Shown here in pieces: positions 13,341 through 24,936 of a DNA stretch of 64,000 nt. Source of the stretch: Massalongia carnosa (lineage: Eukaryota); the NCBI GenBank assembly GCA_965645245.1, contig OZ287086.1:1116001-1180000 (forward strand), given 5' to 3'. The first letter of the stretch is position 1, and every line of letters begins with the position of its first letter. A model generated the notes under the pieces. That model was not told the origin of the DNA and did no database searches. It saw nothing but the letters and a program-made list of their open reading frames with translations. A program made the position numbers and the translations under genes.

Positions 13341-14244
13341 TGTTTTTTTTTATGTTGTCCCTTCCTCGACGTCTTTTTTTTGTGAATTAGTGAGGAGTCG
13401 AGAGGTGGGAGGGGGTTGTTTGAAGAGAAAGGTGCAGTTTTGATGTCTGCTTTGGGATCGATCCTTTGCCGGGCACCCCTCTGCCCTTTTTTTTGGTTAT
13501 TGTCTTTGTTTTTGTTTTCGTTCGTGAAGATCACGAATCGACGTCACAATTCCGAACCACCGTAATTACTCCGTATCGTATCAAGTCCGTATTGACTCCG
13601 TATCGACTCCGTATCGAAAGAAACGCGTTTCATGTGTCGACGATCAGACCGAGGCCGAGAACGGAGGTAATCGTGCGTCTTTTCCGAGTCTTGTACGACA
13701 GACCCGCAGCCGAGAAGCGGGGCGAGTGAGGGGGAGGTGGGGAAAAGACACCTTTTTGTCTCCACATGTTTGTATTCTCTCTACTCCGTATGTAACTCGG
13801 TACTCGATACGGAGAATGCCATATCGACAAACGGCTATCTACACTGGGTACAGAGTCACGAACGATGCATGTTCGATGCATGCGTGCGGGAGTGATGGTA
13901 GATTACAGAGTACGCTGTGCAGAACCAGTCTGTCTATCTTTAGTTGCGGCATGCTCGGCATCACCATGTCGATACTCGATAGTCGGTCGTGACTCCGTCG
14001 TGAAACTGCGTTCGACATGAGTACAGATACGGAGTACAGATACTCGGTGTCTGTCTGTCCACGGCACAGAGCGTGCTTTGGTTACATATGCACGGCGTCA
14101 CTAGCACCAAGACGCTCATCCGGAACGAGCTTACTCCGTACACGTTCCGATTAACTAATCGTGTTGGTGCGTGATTCTTCGCTTGCTCGTTTGGGCCGTG
14201 GCGCTTTCGGCCTCTGGACTCGACCGAGGACGGAAACTGGGTGG

Positions 14245-14345
14245 ATACATACACACATACATACATACATACATACATACATACATACATACTTACTTAC
14301 TTACATACATACGTACATGCATACATACTTACATACATACATACG
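14245..14345. repeat. (TACA)n/(TACT)n microsatellite in the OMT-aconitase divergent promoter
   Basis: Directly visible. Confidence 0.9.
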
Positions 14346-14912
14346 TACAGCGCTGTACCGAGCACTCTGTACTTTGAGGGATGTACGGTATTGACGGTAA
14401 CCGAACATAGGGTACAGAATACAGGGCGTGTGTTACCGAGCATGTCTGCATGCCTGCGTGTCTGTATCATGAGAGCGAACCGAGGCGACGCATGTACCCC
14501 TCTCCCCCACTTCCGAAATCAAAACACTGCATCGTCCGTCGTCGAGGAGACGCACGTAGTTCTTCCGCAGGGCACCGCTTCCATAACTATGCATCGTGAG
14601 TCAAGCGGGGAATGGGTGGCGGAATGCGCACTACAGGCCAGCGTCATCCTCGCCTCTTCGTCATTCTCGTCCATGTGGACACCGGAATGACGCTAACGCG
14701 GGTGGGAAATGGCGAGCTAAATAGATACCCTGGCGCTCCGATGTCCTCCACTGCGTCCAGTCCAGCGAGAAACGGGACTGGTGGATCTCAGACGCCATCG
14801 TCGAGAGCAATGGCGGGCAGAATGTCTCGGCTCGTTTCGTGATATACAAAGACGAACATCAAATCCGCTAGAACTCGTATGATGCGAAAGGAATCCTCGA
14901 TCCCCCCGCGAG

Positions 14913-17900
14913 ATGTCGTCGTCGATGCAATACGGCTTCGAACCTGGCGTTTCGGACAATGTCCAGACCTTCCTGCGCCACATCTTCCATCTGCTGGGAA
15001 CCGTGCGCCACATCGCGTGTCAAGAGAAATCCACGCACGATGTGTCCCCGGACAATGACAGTGAGAGTGCTCCGCCACACCTCGTCGGACGACGGCTCCG
15101 CTCAACTGACGGGTTAGACGCGCAGAATCCTCCCAGGGTCGAGTTCGCCGTGTCCGCGAGTCTGCAGGAGTGTGTCGGTCGCATCGGCGATGCCTTGCGG
15201 GATCGTTCTCGGGAACGGGAGGCGGAGACGTTGCAACACGTCCTCGAACTGAGCGGATCCGACGTGGAGCTGGGAGGGCTGGGAATTGGCCCGGCCCTTC
15301 GGTCCACTCCCTGGCCGTTGAGCGCCAGGAACCTGGACGATGTGGCCTTCCTGGTCGAGGCGTGGCTGGAAGCGCTCAACTCCGCCGACAACGCGCGACC
15401 GTTGCCGGCACCGGTGACGGCGAGAGACCCCGCGCGGCGACCGATGACGCTCTCCGAGAAGATCTTCGCCCATCATGCGACCCGCATCCCCTCGCCGGCG
15501 GGGATCAAGCCGGGAGATTTCATCCGGGTGTTGGTGGACTGGGTGATTGCGAGCGAGTTGTCGTGGGTGGTCAGTGCACCGCTGCATGCGTCCGTTCGCG
15601 ATGGGAATTAACCGGCGATGAGGAGCGGATTAGGGGATGAAACACAGCCTGGAAAGCATCGGCCGACCGCCGACGGTCTGGCGAAACGATCGCTTTTGGC
15701 TCGCGGGCGACCACGTGGTCGATCCACGAACGTACGAGCAGCCTCGAGTGCGCAAGCTGATGGACGGAATGGCAGAGGCCAAGAAGCGCTTCCGGATGAC
15801 GGAGAATCAAGGCTCCAACGTGCGCTGCCCTCCCTGCTCTCGTGGTGTGCTTGGGTTGACGTGCAGCCTGATGACGACAACAGTTTACCATCTTGCACAC
15901 GGAGTTTGTTCGCGAACGCGCCGAACCGGGCATGCTGGTCGTGGGGTCGGATTCGCACACGTGCTCCGCCGGCGCGGTCAGTTGCCTGGCGATTGGGCTC
16001 GGAGCCGCCGACGTGATGATGGCGCTGGCCACCGGGGAGACCTGGTTCAAGGTTCCGGAAAGCATCCACGTGCGGCTCGTGAATCGGCCGGCGTGGTACA
16101 TCAAAGGCAAAGATACCATCCTCTACATCCTGAAGGAGCTGAAGCGCAACACCGTGGCGGCGGACCGCATCGTCGAGTTCGGCGGACCGGGCGCTCGACA
16201 CTTGTCGTGCGATGCCCGGTTCGCCATCACCAACATGTGCACGGTGAGTGCGCCTGCGTCCCGTGCCCTGATGAAGTCGCATCGCGCTGATGACCGCCCC
16301 GGGGGGGGGGAGGGGGGGTTTTGCAGGAACTCGGAGGCATCACGGGAATCTTTGCACCGGACGAAGTCACGCACGCGTACATCCACGCGCGCGCGCGCAA
16401 AGCCCATAAGGCATCGTCCCGGTATTTCCAGGCCGACCCCGGAGCGCAATACGCCGAGACGTTTGAGATCGATCTGGCTCAAGTCGAGTCCTTTATCGCG
16501 CTGTATCCATCGCCGGATAATGTCGTCCCGATCACGGACAAGATCGGCATGCCGTTCGACGGCTGTTTCATCGGAGCGTGCACCACCACCGAGGAAGAGC
16601 TCATTCTGGCCGCGCTCGTGTTGCAGGTCGGCCTCGAGGAGAACCTCCCGCTCGTGCCAGGCAAGAGACAGGTCGTCCCGGGCTCGCTTCCCATTGTGCG
16701 CAAACTCACGAAGCTTGGCCTCCTGGAGGTTTACGAACGCGGGGGCTTCGCTCGTGCGGCTCCCGGCTGCAGCCTATGCCTGGGCATGGGCGCCGATCGT
16801 GCCGAGCCTGGCGAAACATGGCTGTCGTCGCAAAATCGAAACTTCAAAAATCGCATGGGGCACGGTAAGCTGCACGCGCGCACGCTCGCAGGAAATGGCT
16901 CCTAACGTGGATTGCGTCCCGTAGGGTCGTTTGGGAACATCTGTTCCGCCGCGACCGTGGCCGCGTCGTCCTTCAGCATGACCCTGACGGATCCCCGACC
17001 GTTCTTGGCCAAAGTGAAGCCGAGCGATTACACCGCTCTCCTGGAAACACGTCAGGCGTCTCCAAAGATGCGTCCCGCAGGGAACCCTCCCGACAGCGGC
17101 TCCCGCTTGACCTTCGTGGAGCCATACCTTGCTTGCGAGGACCCGGAACCACATCACACGACCAGCAAGGTTTCCCAAAACGGCCTCGCCGTCAATCCGA
17201 CGACTCCGACGATTCAAGGCAAGGCTTACGTGCTCGGGGATTTCGTCGACACTGACGCGGTAAGCCTCGCTCCGTCGTTCACGCTGATTGAACCCTCCCA
17301 TGCGCGTCGTGATTTAATCGGACGTTTCGTAGATCATCCCCGCCTCGTTCATTCTGGCCAGCCCCACGGACGAACAGCTCGGGAGCCATTGTCTCGAGTA
17401 CACGAACCCCGATTTCCGCGAAAAGGTCCGTGCCGGTCATGACATTGTCGTGGCCGGCAAGGCGTTCGGATGCGGATCGTCTCGCGAGGAAGCTCCCCGG
17501 GCACTCAAAGGCAAGTCTCGCGTCTCGTCCCCTCCCGATCGACGGCGGGACCCGAACGCATGTCCCTACCCATGCGGCTTTGCCCGTCCACGCTGACCAC
17601 ATGCTCCTCGGGGGGCCACCGCAGGCTTGGGCGTCAAATGCGTCATCGCGCGCTCGTTCTCCTTCATCTACGGCCGGAACCAACCGTCGATCGGGCTCCT
17701 CGGCATCACCATCGCCGACGACGACTTCTACGCCCGCGTCGCCACGGGCGTCGACATTGCCGTCGACGTGTCCCGCCGCGCCGTCGTCGTCGCCGGCCGC
17801 CACCGGTATCCCGTCGCCTTCGACGACATGGAACTGCGCCTGATGGAGAGCCGGGGGCTGGCCGGAGCGTTTTTGAAGTACGGCCGTCGGGTGTTTCAGA

Positions 17901-17989
17901 ACCTGTGCGCCGAGAGCCCGGCGACGCGGACGGATGAGGCGGAGGAGAAGGAGGAATGGGACAGCGCGAAAGCGCAGCTGGCGTGGTGA
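14913..17989 (+). CDS. Aconitase-family isomerase (fused LeuC/LeuD-type isopropylmalate dehydratase; htyD/AMT8-like), 6 introns, last one GC-AG
   Basis: [35 protein letters not shown] and PGCSLCLG (three Fe-S Cys), [12 protein letters not shown]; swivel domain [28 protein letters not shown]. Confidence 0.92.
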
Positions 17990-18428
17990 AAAGTTATTGT
18001 TATTGTTGTTATTGTTGTTGTTGTTGTTGCTGCGATGATTTTGTGAAAGGAGAATTTGAAAAGAAATAATTCAATCAATCAATCAATCGATCTATCAATC
18101 AGACTTAAGCGAAATCGTGTTGAATCAATCGAGAAAAATAAAAAACAACAATCAGTCATTCACTTGAAGATCCAAAAAAGATATATCTCTCTTCTCGTTT
18201 TTCTTCAGATAAACTAAACTCGACCTTTTCTGATGTGTGATTTCAAGTAAAAAGATCCTTTTTTTTCCTTTTTCCCGCGCGCATACACACACACGCCCAC
18301 ACACACACACGATTATACTAACAATCCACCAATTCCGCGCGATGACAAACAAAACAAAACAAATCGAAAGAATCCGGAAAAGCTGTCATGTTTTTTTTTT
18401 TTCTCAAGTTACATTAAACAGGCATTAT

Positions 18429-18608
18429 TCATTCCCCTTCTCTGCTCTTCTCTTTGCTTCTCCCAATCTCCCCCTCCGGCTCCCGCACAACCTCCACCCA
18501 CCCGTCCGGCCCCCCGGCCCCCCTCCCCGTCTGAATCCCCCTCAACCGCCCCACCAGCCTCCCGTAACAGCTCCGGGGGCCCAACCACCGCGCCTCGCCC
18601 CCCTTCAC

Positions 18609-18640
<32 letters not shown>

Positions 18641-19903
18641 TCCCCCCGTACCGGAACGTGCGCCCCGCCGCGCCGTGCTCGATCGATCGCACCGGCACCA
18701 GCACTGCCGCCGTCCCCGCCGCGAACACCTGGTCGAACGATCCTAGCTCGGCCGCGCCGATGCGCCGCTTCTCCACCGTCCAGCCGAAGCTGCGCGCGAT
18801 CTCGCACACGCTGTCGCACGTGATGCTCGCGACGATCTGGTCGTCCGAGACGACGAGCGTGTACTTTTCCTCCTCCCTCCTCCTCCTCCTCCTTCTGCTT
18901 CTGGAGGTGGGCTTCGCCGGCACGGTCGGGCTCAGCGGTCGCCCCGTCCAGCTTGACCCCGATGAAGGCGCTCGTCGAGAACTCGTCAATGGCCGTGTGC
19001 GTCGCGCTGTCCAGGTGTAGCGTTAAACCGTAGCCCTTGGCCCGCGCCTGATCCAAGATCCCGAGCATGGGGCCATAGTTCCCGCCCAGCTTGGCGCTGC
19101 CCGTGCCGAGCGGCGCGCAGCGGTCGAAGTCGTCCACCACCAGCGCGTCGACGGCGTGGGCCGCGTGGCTCCCGTGCAGCGGCCCGACGGGCAGCGCGTA
19201 GATGCAAAACGTGTAGTCGGCCGCGATCCGGAGCCCCGGCGAGGCCGACGTCGCGAAGCAGAGCGCCCGCAGGTACAGCGACGCCGCCGTGTGGTGCGGC
19301 GGCACGAACTCCGAGTTGAGCCCCACGCATAGGTGCAGGCAGCGGAGGAAGTGCTCGTGGGGCACCGCGGGGATGGTGACGAAGCGGGAGGAGTGGGCCA
19401 GTCGGAGCGCGTTGAGGAGGGGGCGGAAGAGGAGGATGGTGTTGTTCGGGGAGCGGTGAGCTATGTGGGTGGGTGGGCGAGCGTTAGGGGGATTTTAGGG
19501 GGAGGAATGGGAAATGATGAGGAGGGGGAGGGGGTTACCTTTTAGTCCCTCGAAAGCTTGCTGGCCATAGTTGAGACAGGGGGCAAGACCGTGGATGCGG
19601 AGGACGGGGTCTTTAACGAAGACTGGCGCGCTCCAGTGACCGGTTGAGGTCGAATAATACGATTCGATGTGCCCGTTGACTTCGAGGGCGTCGAAGCCTA
19701 GGTTATCCCAATCTGTGTGGTTTCACGAAGTCGTTCTTAGTCATCATCGGTTGTGTATGTATATAAGAACAGGAGAAATCGAGAAAGAAGAAAGAAAAAA
19801 AGAAAAAAGAAAAAAAGAAAATAGAAAAAGAAAGAATGAAGGAAAGTATTTGTAAAAAAACATAGATACCTATTGTTTCGAGTGGAGGGCGTGGAAATGT
19901 CAT
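18429..19903 (-). CDS. Branched-chain amino acid aminotransferase (class IV PLP; htyB/AMT5-like), 2 introns, apparent 1-bp frameshift at ~18877
   Basis: MTFPRPP.., DWDNLGF, LNYGQQAFEGLK, LYLR, GSAKLGGNY (PLP lysine), IDEFSTS, SITCDSV, FAAGTAA. Confidence 0.88.
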
Positions 19904-21246
19904 TGTGAACCTCTATCGTCCTAGAGTTCTTATTCGTCATCAAGTTAGAACGCGAGAAAGAACGATATCATTGGAAACAGAGTCGGAAATGCAAAGCAAA
20001 GTATCAGCTTCGACACTTTTATTCCATGTGAATATTCCACATGATTTAGGGTTAGGGTTTGCGGTAGACAGTAAGAATTAGTGAGGGTTAAGCTGATAAT
20101 CGATGCATAACCGGAATGTTGATACAACGTATGCAATGCAACGCACAAGTCGACATGTATGTAATATATGTAATACATGTAACACATGTATTGCATGTAT
20201 TTTTACCGACCGCGTATGCAATAAATACATGTCATGTCTCCTTCATGCGGACTCGGTCGAACTCAGCTGCGTTCACATCGCCTTAAGCTTGACCCCGCAG
20301 TGGTACGCTTTGACAACCGATTCACAGCTCTTTCCTCCGTGAATTTTGACCACGCACGCCTTGAGTGATTTTTGAAAACGAGGCTGGCTGAGAAGTATGG
20401 TTAAGCGTATGATGGCGGATTTGGTCTCCGCTGCTGGCAGGAGGTGGTTGGATTCTTTGGGTTTTAGCGGCTGTGCCTAACCTTCAAGCGCAAACTTTCG
20501 ATAATCTCCCCTCTCCGAGAACCCGCAGAATGCAGCTAGAGTTGTGGGCGGGCAGAAGATGAAGGAATCGACGAACCGACTGCGTTTTGGATCAACGGAT
20601 TGCCGATTTTCGACTGGAGGTCTCCGCTTCAGGAAAAAGATAGATCGGACCTCTGTATCTTGTTGTTAGTCCCGTGAGTGGCGCTCCCATCTCAGATCAA
20701 ACCATTAATATGCACATCTTCCGTAATTTCTGCATCGTATGAGGCCAGTCGAATATTCCCATCCGCCGAGCGGAGGCTTTGAAATGACTGTGTAAAACGA
20801 ATTCATGTTATCGGACGATCTTTCTGTGCATCGATATATGCGCAGCGGTCCGAAAGCTTAACGATCGTATCGTAAACCGAGCCGACAACATCTTTTGTTA
20901 GATAGTCTTAAATGTGGAGCTGATATGAGGTGGGCGTGCAGCTTCGTCCATGAAGGCCCCCTGGGTTCCATCGTAGCAACTCGCGGAATAGCCAATGGAG
21001 ATGTTATCAAACACTCCGTCAATAGACTAACAAATCAAGCGTGGATTGAGATGGGAGCCATGGTCGTCCTGCAGAAAGCCATATAATTAAACAAGTGGTA
21101 CCGAGGCCAACTCTGCCTCTAGCAGTTCTAGGAGCAACAGAGCTAGATTAATCGACACCGAGGTCGGAATACCTACTTAGGATCTAGATCGAGTGCTCTC
21201 AACAGCATTTCACCGGGTTTCGGAGCAGCGACCTTGCACGGTGAAG

Positions 21247-23178
21247 ATGCCAATGTAGGTGCTTGATTGTCCGACGGTGGAGTGCTTGACGGATCGGGAT
21301 GCCTTGGTTTTTCGAGAGTATGATGTCCTAACTAACGGTTCTTTTTCATTACCTAGTCAAGATCTATCCACAAAATATGGACGAGTTGCTCCACCGTTGG
21401 ACCTGCCGAACCGTCAATGGCCATCCAAGACCCTAACCAAAGCGCCGATATGGCAATCGACGGACTTGAGAGATGGCAATCAAGCTCTCAAAGTGCCAAT
21501 GGTACGTAAGATCCCCCCCGACACCATGGGAATATATCCGTGTAGGGGCTAACTCGAACATAACCTATAGACGTTGAACCAGAAATTACAATACTTCGAG
21601 TTGCTGACCGGCCTCGGCTACAAATTCATCGAGGTAGCTTTTCCTTGCTCCTCAAATCTAGAATATGATTTTGTGAGGCGTCTGGTGGAGACTCCGGGTG
21701 CGGTGCCGGACGATGTCACTTTGCAGGCCATCTCCCCGTGCCGAAAGGATGCATTGCAAAGAACAGTGAATAGTTTGCGAGGGGCTAGGAGGGCGATTGT
21801 TTTCACCTACATTTCCACAAGCGAAAATTATCGGGAGACCATATTTGGAATGTCGGAAGATGAATGCGTACAGCAAGTAACCGATTGCATAGCCTTTGTG
21901 AAGTCCATCACAGTAGATGATCCTACCTCCAACAACACAGAATGGCGATTTGGCTTCGGATGCGAGGACTTCAGCAACGCACGTCCAGGTTTCATTGTTC
22001 GTCTTGGCGAGGCGGTCAAAACGGCCTGGGGACCCACCGTAGAGAAGCCTTTAATCTTCGGCTTGGCGGCCAGCGTTGAAGGAACCACTCCCAACGTCTT
22101 TGCTGACCAAGTCGAATACTTCCTAACCCACATAACCGAACGCAGAAAGATCTCGCTTTCAATCCACCCCCACAACGACAGAGGCTGCGCTGTGGCTGCT
22201 GCGGAACTGGGCTGCCTGGCTGGCGCAGATATGGTCGAGGGCTGTTTGTTCGGAAACGGCGAAAGGGCAGGCAATGTCGATTTAGTCACTCTAGCGTTGA
22301 ACTTTTTAAGACTCGGCATCAATCCGGGGATCGATTTCTCCAACTTAGCAAAGGTTCGGGCTATCGTGGAAGATATCACCAAGATTCCTGTGCATCCGCG
22401 CGCGCCTTACGTGGGAGACTATTATTTCCTAGCCTTGAGTGGAACACACCAAGACGCGATTAGAAAGGGCTTTTCGCGTCGTGACGACGGAGGCCGGGCG
22501 ATGAGTGACGGGACCATGAATGGCACCGATAAGACCAAAGCGTGGTGCGTGCCGTACTTGCCGATGGATCCGGCCGACGTCGGTATTGAGCAGGCCAACA
22601 TCATTGGAATCAGTAGTCAAAGTGGTAAAAGTGGCATACTTTGGATGCTCCAACACACGTTGGGACTCCATCCTCCAAAAGAACTCGCGATGCTTTTCTC
22701 CCAAGCAATCAAAAACACATCCATGGAACAAAAACAACAGTTAGCAGCGAAAGAGATTTGTAGCCTGTTTCTCGACACTTATCATGAGCGACGGTTCAAC
22801 GACGGCGTCGCTCAACTGTCTCGCGAAGGAAGCCCCAACATTGTCTCCATCGACATAGGATCCCTCGAAAAGCATATTCCCAAAGAAACAGAAGATTCGG
22901 TCGTCATGCACTCGGCGGTAGCGAAGTTGTCTCATGCCCTCGATGTGGATCTCTCATGCGTTGAGTATTCATCGCATATCGTGGAGAAAAGGGCGCAGAC
23001 GAGTGCGTTTGTTAAATGCTCAGTGGATGGAAAGGGCAGTGGGTCGTGGGGAGTTGGAATCGGTTCCGGCCTGGCTATGGCCTATCTCTCCGCTATCGTT
23101 TCCTCCGTTACTGTAGGTTTCGTCCTTTCTTTGCCTTTTTCCGTTACTTTATCTTGACAGGAGATTCTGACTGTATGA
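21247..23178 (+). CDS. 2-isopropylmalate synthase-like enzyme (yeast Leu4 type; htyA/AMT7-like), 3 introns
   Basis: MPIQDLSTKY after splicing 21255-21356; [47 protein letters not shown]; last exon EILTV*. Confidence 0.92.
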
Positions 23179-23419
23179 AAGACTAGCAAGGCATTCAGTG
23201 TAATAAAAGCATCTTAATACGGAGCATGAAACACACGGCATTCTTCTAAGACAATGTGATAGTGAGTTAACGCGAGTGTATGTAGAAGCGAAGGATATAA
23301 GTGACTCGTAAGATACCAAAAGAGCGTCATAGTCAACTTTTCCCAAACAAAGGCAATCAAGTTCTGATTTTTTCCATTGAGTCTATTCCCTTAAATGAAC
23401 GTGAAATACCTCTAATTCA

Positions 23420-24936
23420 TTAAGATTTGCCGGATTCCTCCAACAACGATGCCACGACAGCGTCACCAAATTCCTTGGTCTTGGCCGATCCACCGAGATC
23501 TGGTGTATGAACGCCAGCCTCAATCACCTTGCTGACCGCGGATTCTATTGATGCTGCCTCGTCGGGCATGCTCAATGAGTATTTCAGCATCATCGCCACG
23601 GACAGAATCATGCCGACTGGATTCGCGATACCTTTCCCTGCTATATCTGGAGCCGAACCTGCAATGAGAAGACCGTCATCAAAAGAAACCCTAGAGGGGA
23701 ATTCGTAGAATCCGAGAGAGCTCACCGTGTATCGGTTCATACAATCCGCGGACACGGTCTTTGAGATTGGTGGATGGGATCCCGCACAAGCTGGCACTCG
23801 GGAGCAAGCCCAAACTACCTGGAATCACACTTGCTTCGTCCGAGATGATGTCTCCAAACATGTTGCTGGTCAAAATTACGCCGTTCAAGCTCCGCGGGTT
23901 TCGAACCATGACCATCGCCGCGCTGTCAATTAACATGTGTTTGAGCTCAACCGAAGGAAACTCGCGCGCCATGGTTTCGCTGACAACACCTCGCCATAAC
24001 CGCCCTGCAGCGGCCAGCAGATTGGCTTTGTCCAAACTTGTCACACGCAACGGTGGATTGTGCGCCATAGCTAGGGTGCCGGCAAGCCGTGTAATTCGTT
24101 CGATTTCGCCACGAGTGTAGGATTCCAGATCCGAGGCGGAGTCAAGCGTAGCGTTAGGTTCGCAGCGTGTCCCATAATAGATGCCTCCGTTCAGCTCACG
24201 GACAATAATCATCGAGGCACCGCGGCACACCTCGGCTTTCAGCGGCGAGAGATCGACCAGAGACGGGGCAGCAAAGAAGATGGGTCGGAGGTTCCCATAG
24301 GTTTGCAATTCCTTGCGCAAAACGCCGAGGCCGCTCTCCGGCGGAACGGGTCCTGTGCCCCATTTCTGTAGCCGTATATGATTGAGCATAAGAGTCCGCA
24401 CCTGTGAACGAGCACACCCGGAAAATGTACAGAGACAATAGATTGGAGACAGGACAGGAGCAGGAAACGTACAGGCCCGCCAACTGCACCGAACAACACG
24501 GCATCGGCATTTTTTGCCGCCGTTAACGCCTCTTCCGTTAGAGGAATGCCGTATTTATCAATTGATGCCTGATTTCGTGACGAGGACAAATGTCCTGTAT
24601 GTCAACTGGGATCATAATTACTTGTTGGGGATTGGGCCACACAAAGAGGAAGCTTACGCCGCCCACAAGATAATGACTCAGCTCAAGTCGAATGTCCGTC
24701 CGCCGCTGTTGAATGACACCCAAGACCTATCTTGGCGTAATTAGTTTCAAGCATTTCGACGGAACGTCCAGTTGAAGGAATGAGGTCGCACCTTAAGAGC
24801 TTCCGTCATTACCTACATGTACATAGCGTCATCCCTCTTGTTAGTCTAGACATAAAGATTCATCGGAGTATCCTGCTTGTACCTCGGGTCCGCAATAATC
24901 GCCTGCCATGACAACAACTCGATAAGTCACTGACAT
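23420..24936 (-). CDS. 3-isopropylmalate dehydrogenase-like enzyme (htyC/AMT6-like), several introns
   Basis: [83 protein letters not shown]. Confidence 0.92.

Noticed and set aside
11104..19545. Numerous long overlapping/antisense ORFs (e.g. 12483..13385, 12328..13074, 15608..16282)
   Set aside because: Shadow ORFs from high GC3 in real genes; no recognisable motifs
14913..24936. Housekeeping leucine biosynthesis genes
   Set aside because: Fungal LEU genes are normally unlinked; IPMS pocket motifs are altered, the isomerase is of the long htyD type, and tailoring genes are adjacent
4189..24936. Calling this the echinocandin or AM-toxin cluster
   Set aside because: No NRPS, P450, 2-oxoglutarate oxygenases or acyl ligase in the window; BTA1-like and phenol monooxygenase genes are not part of those clusters as I know them
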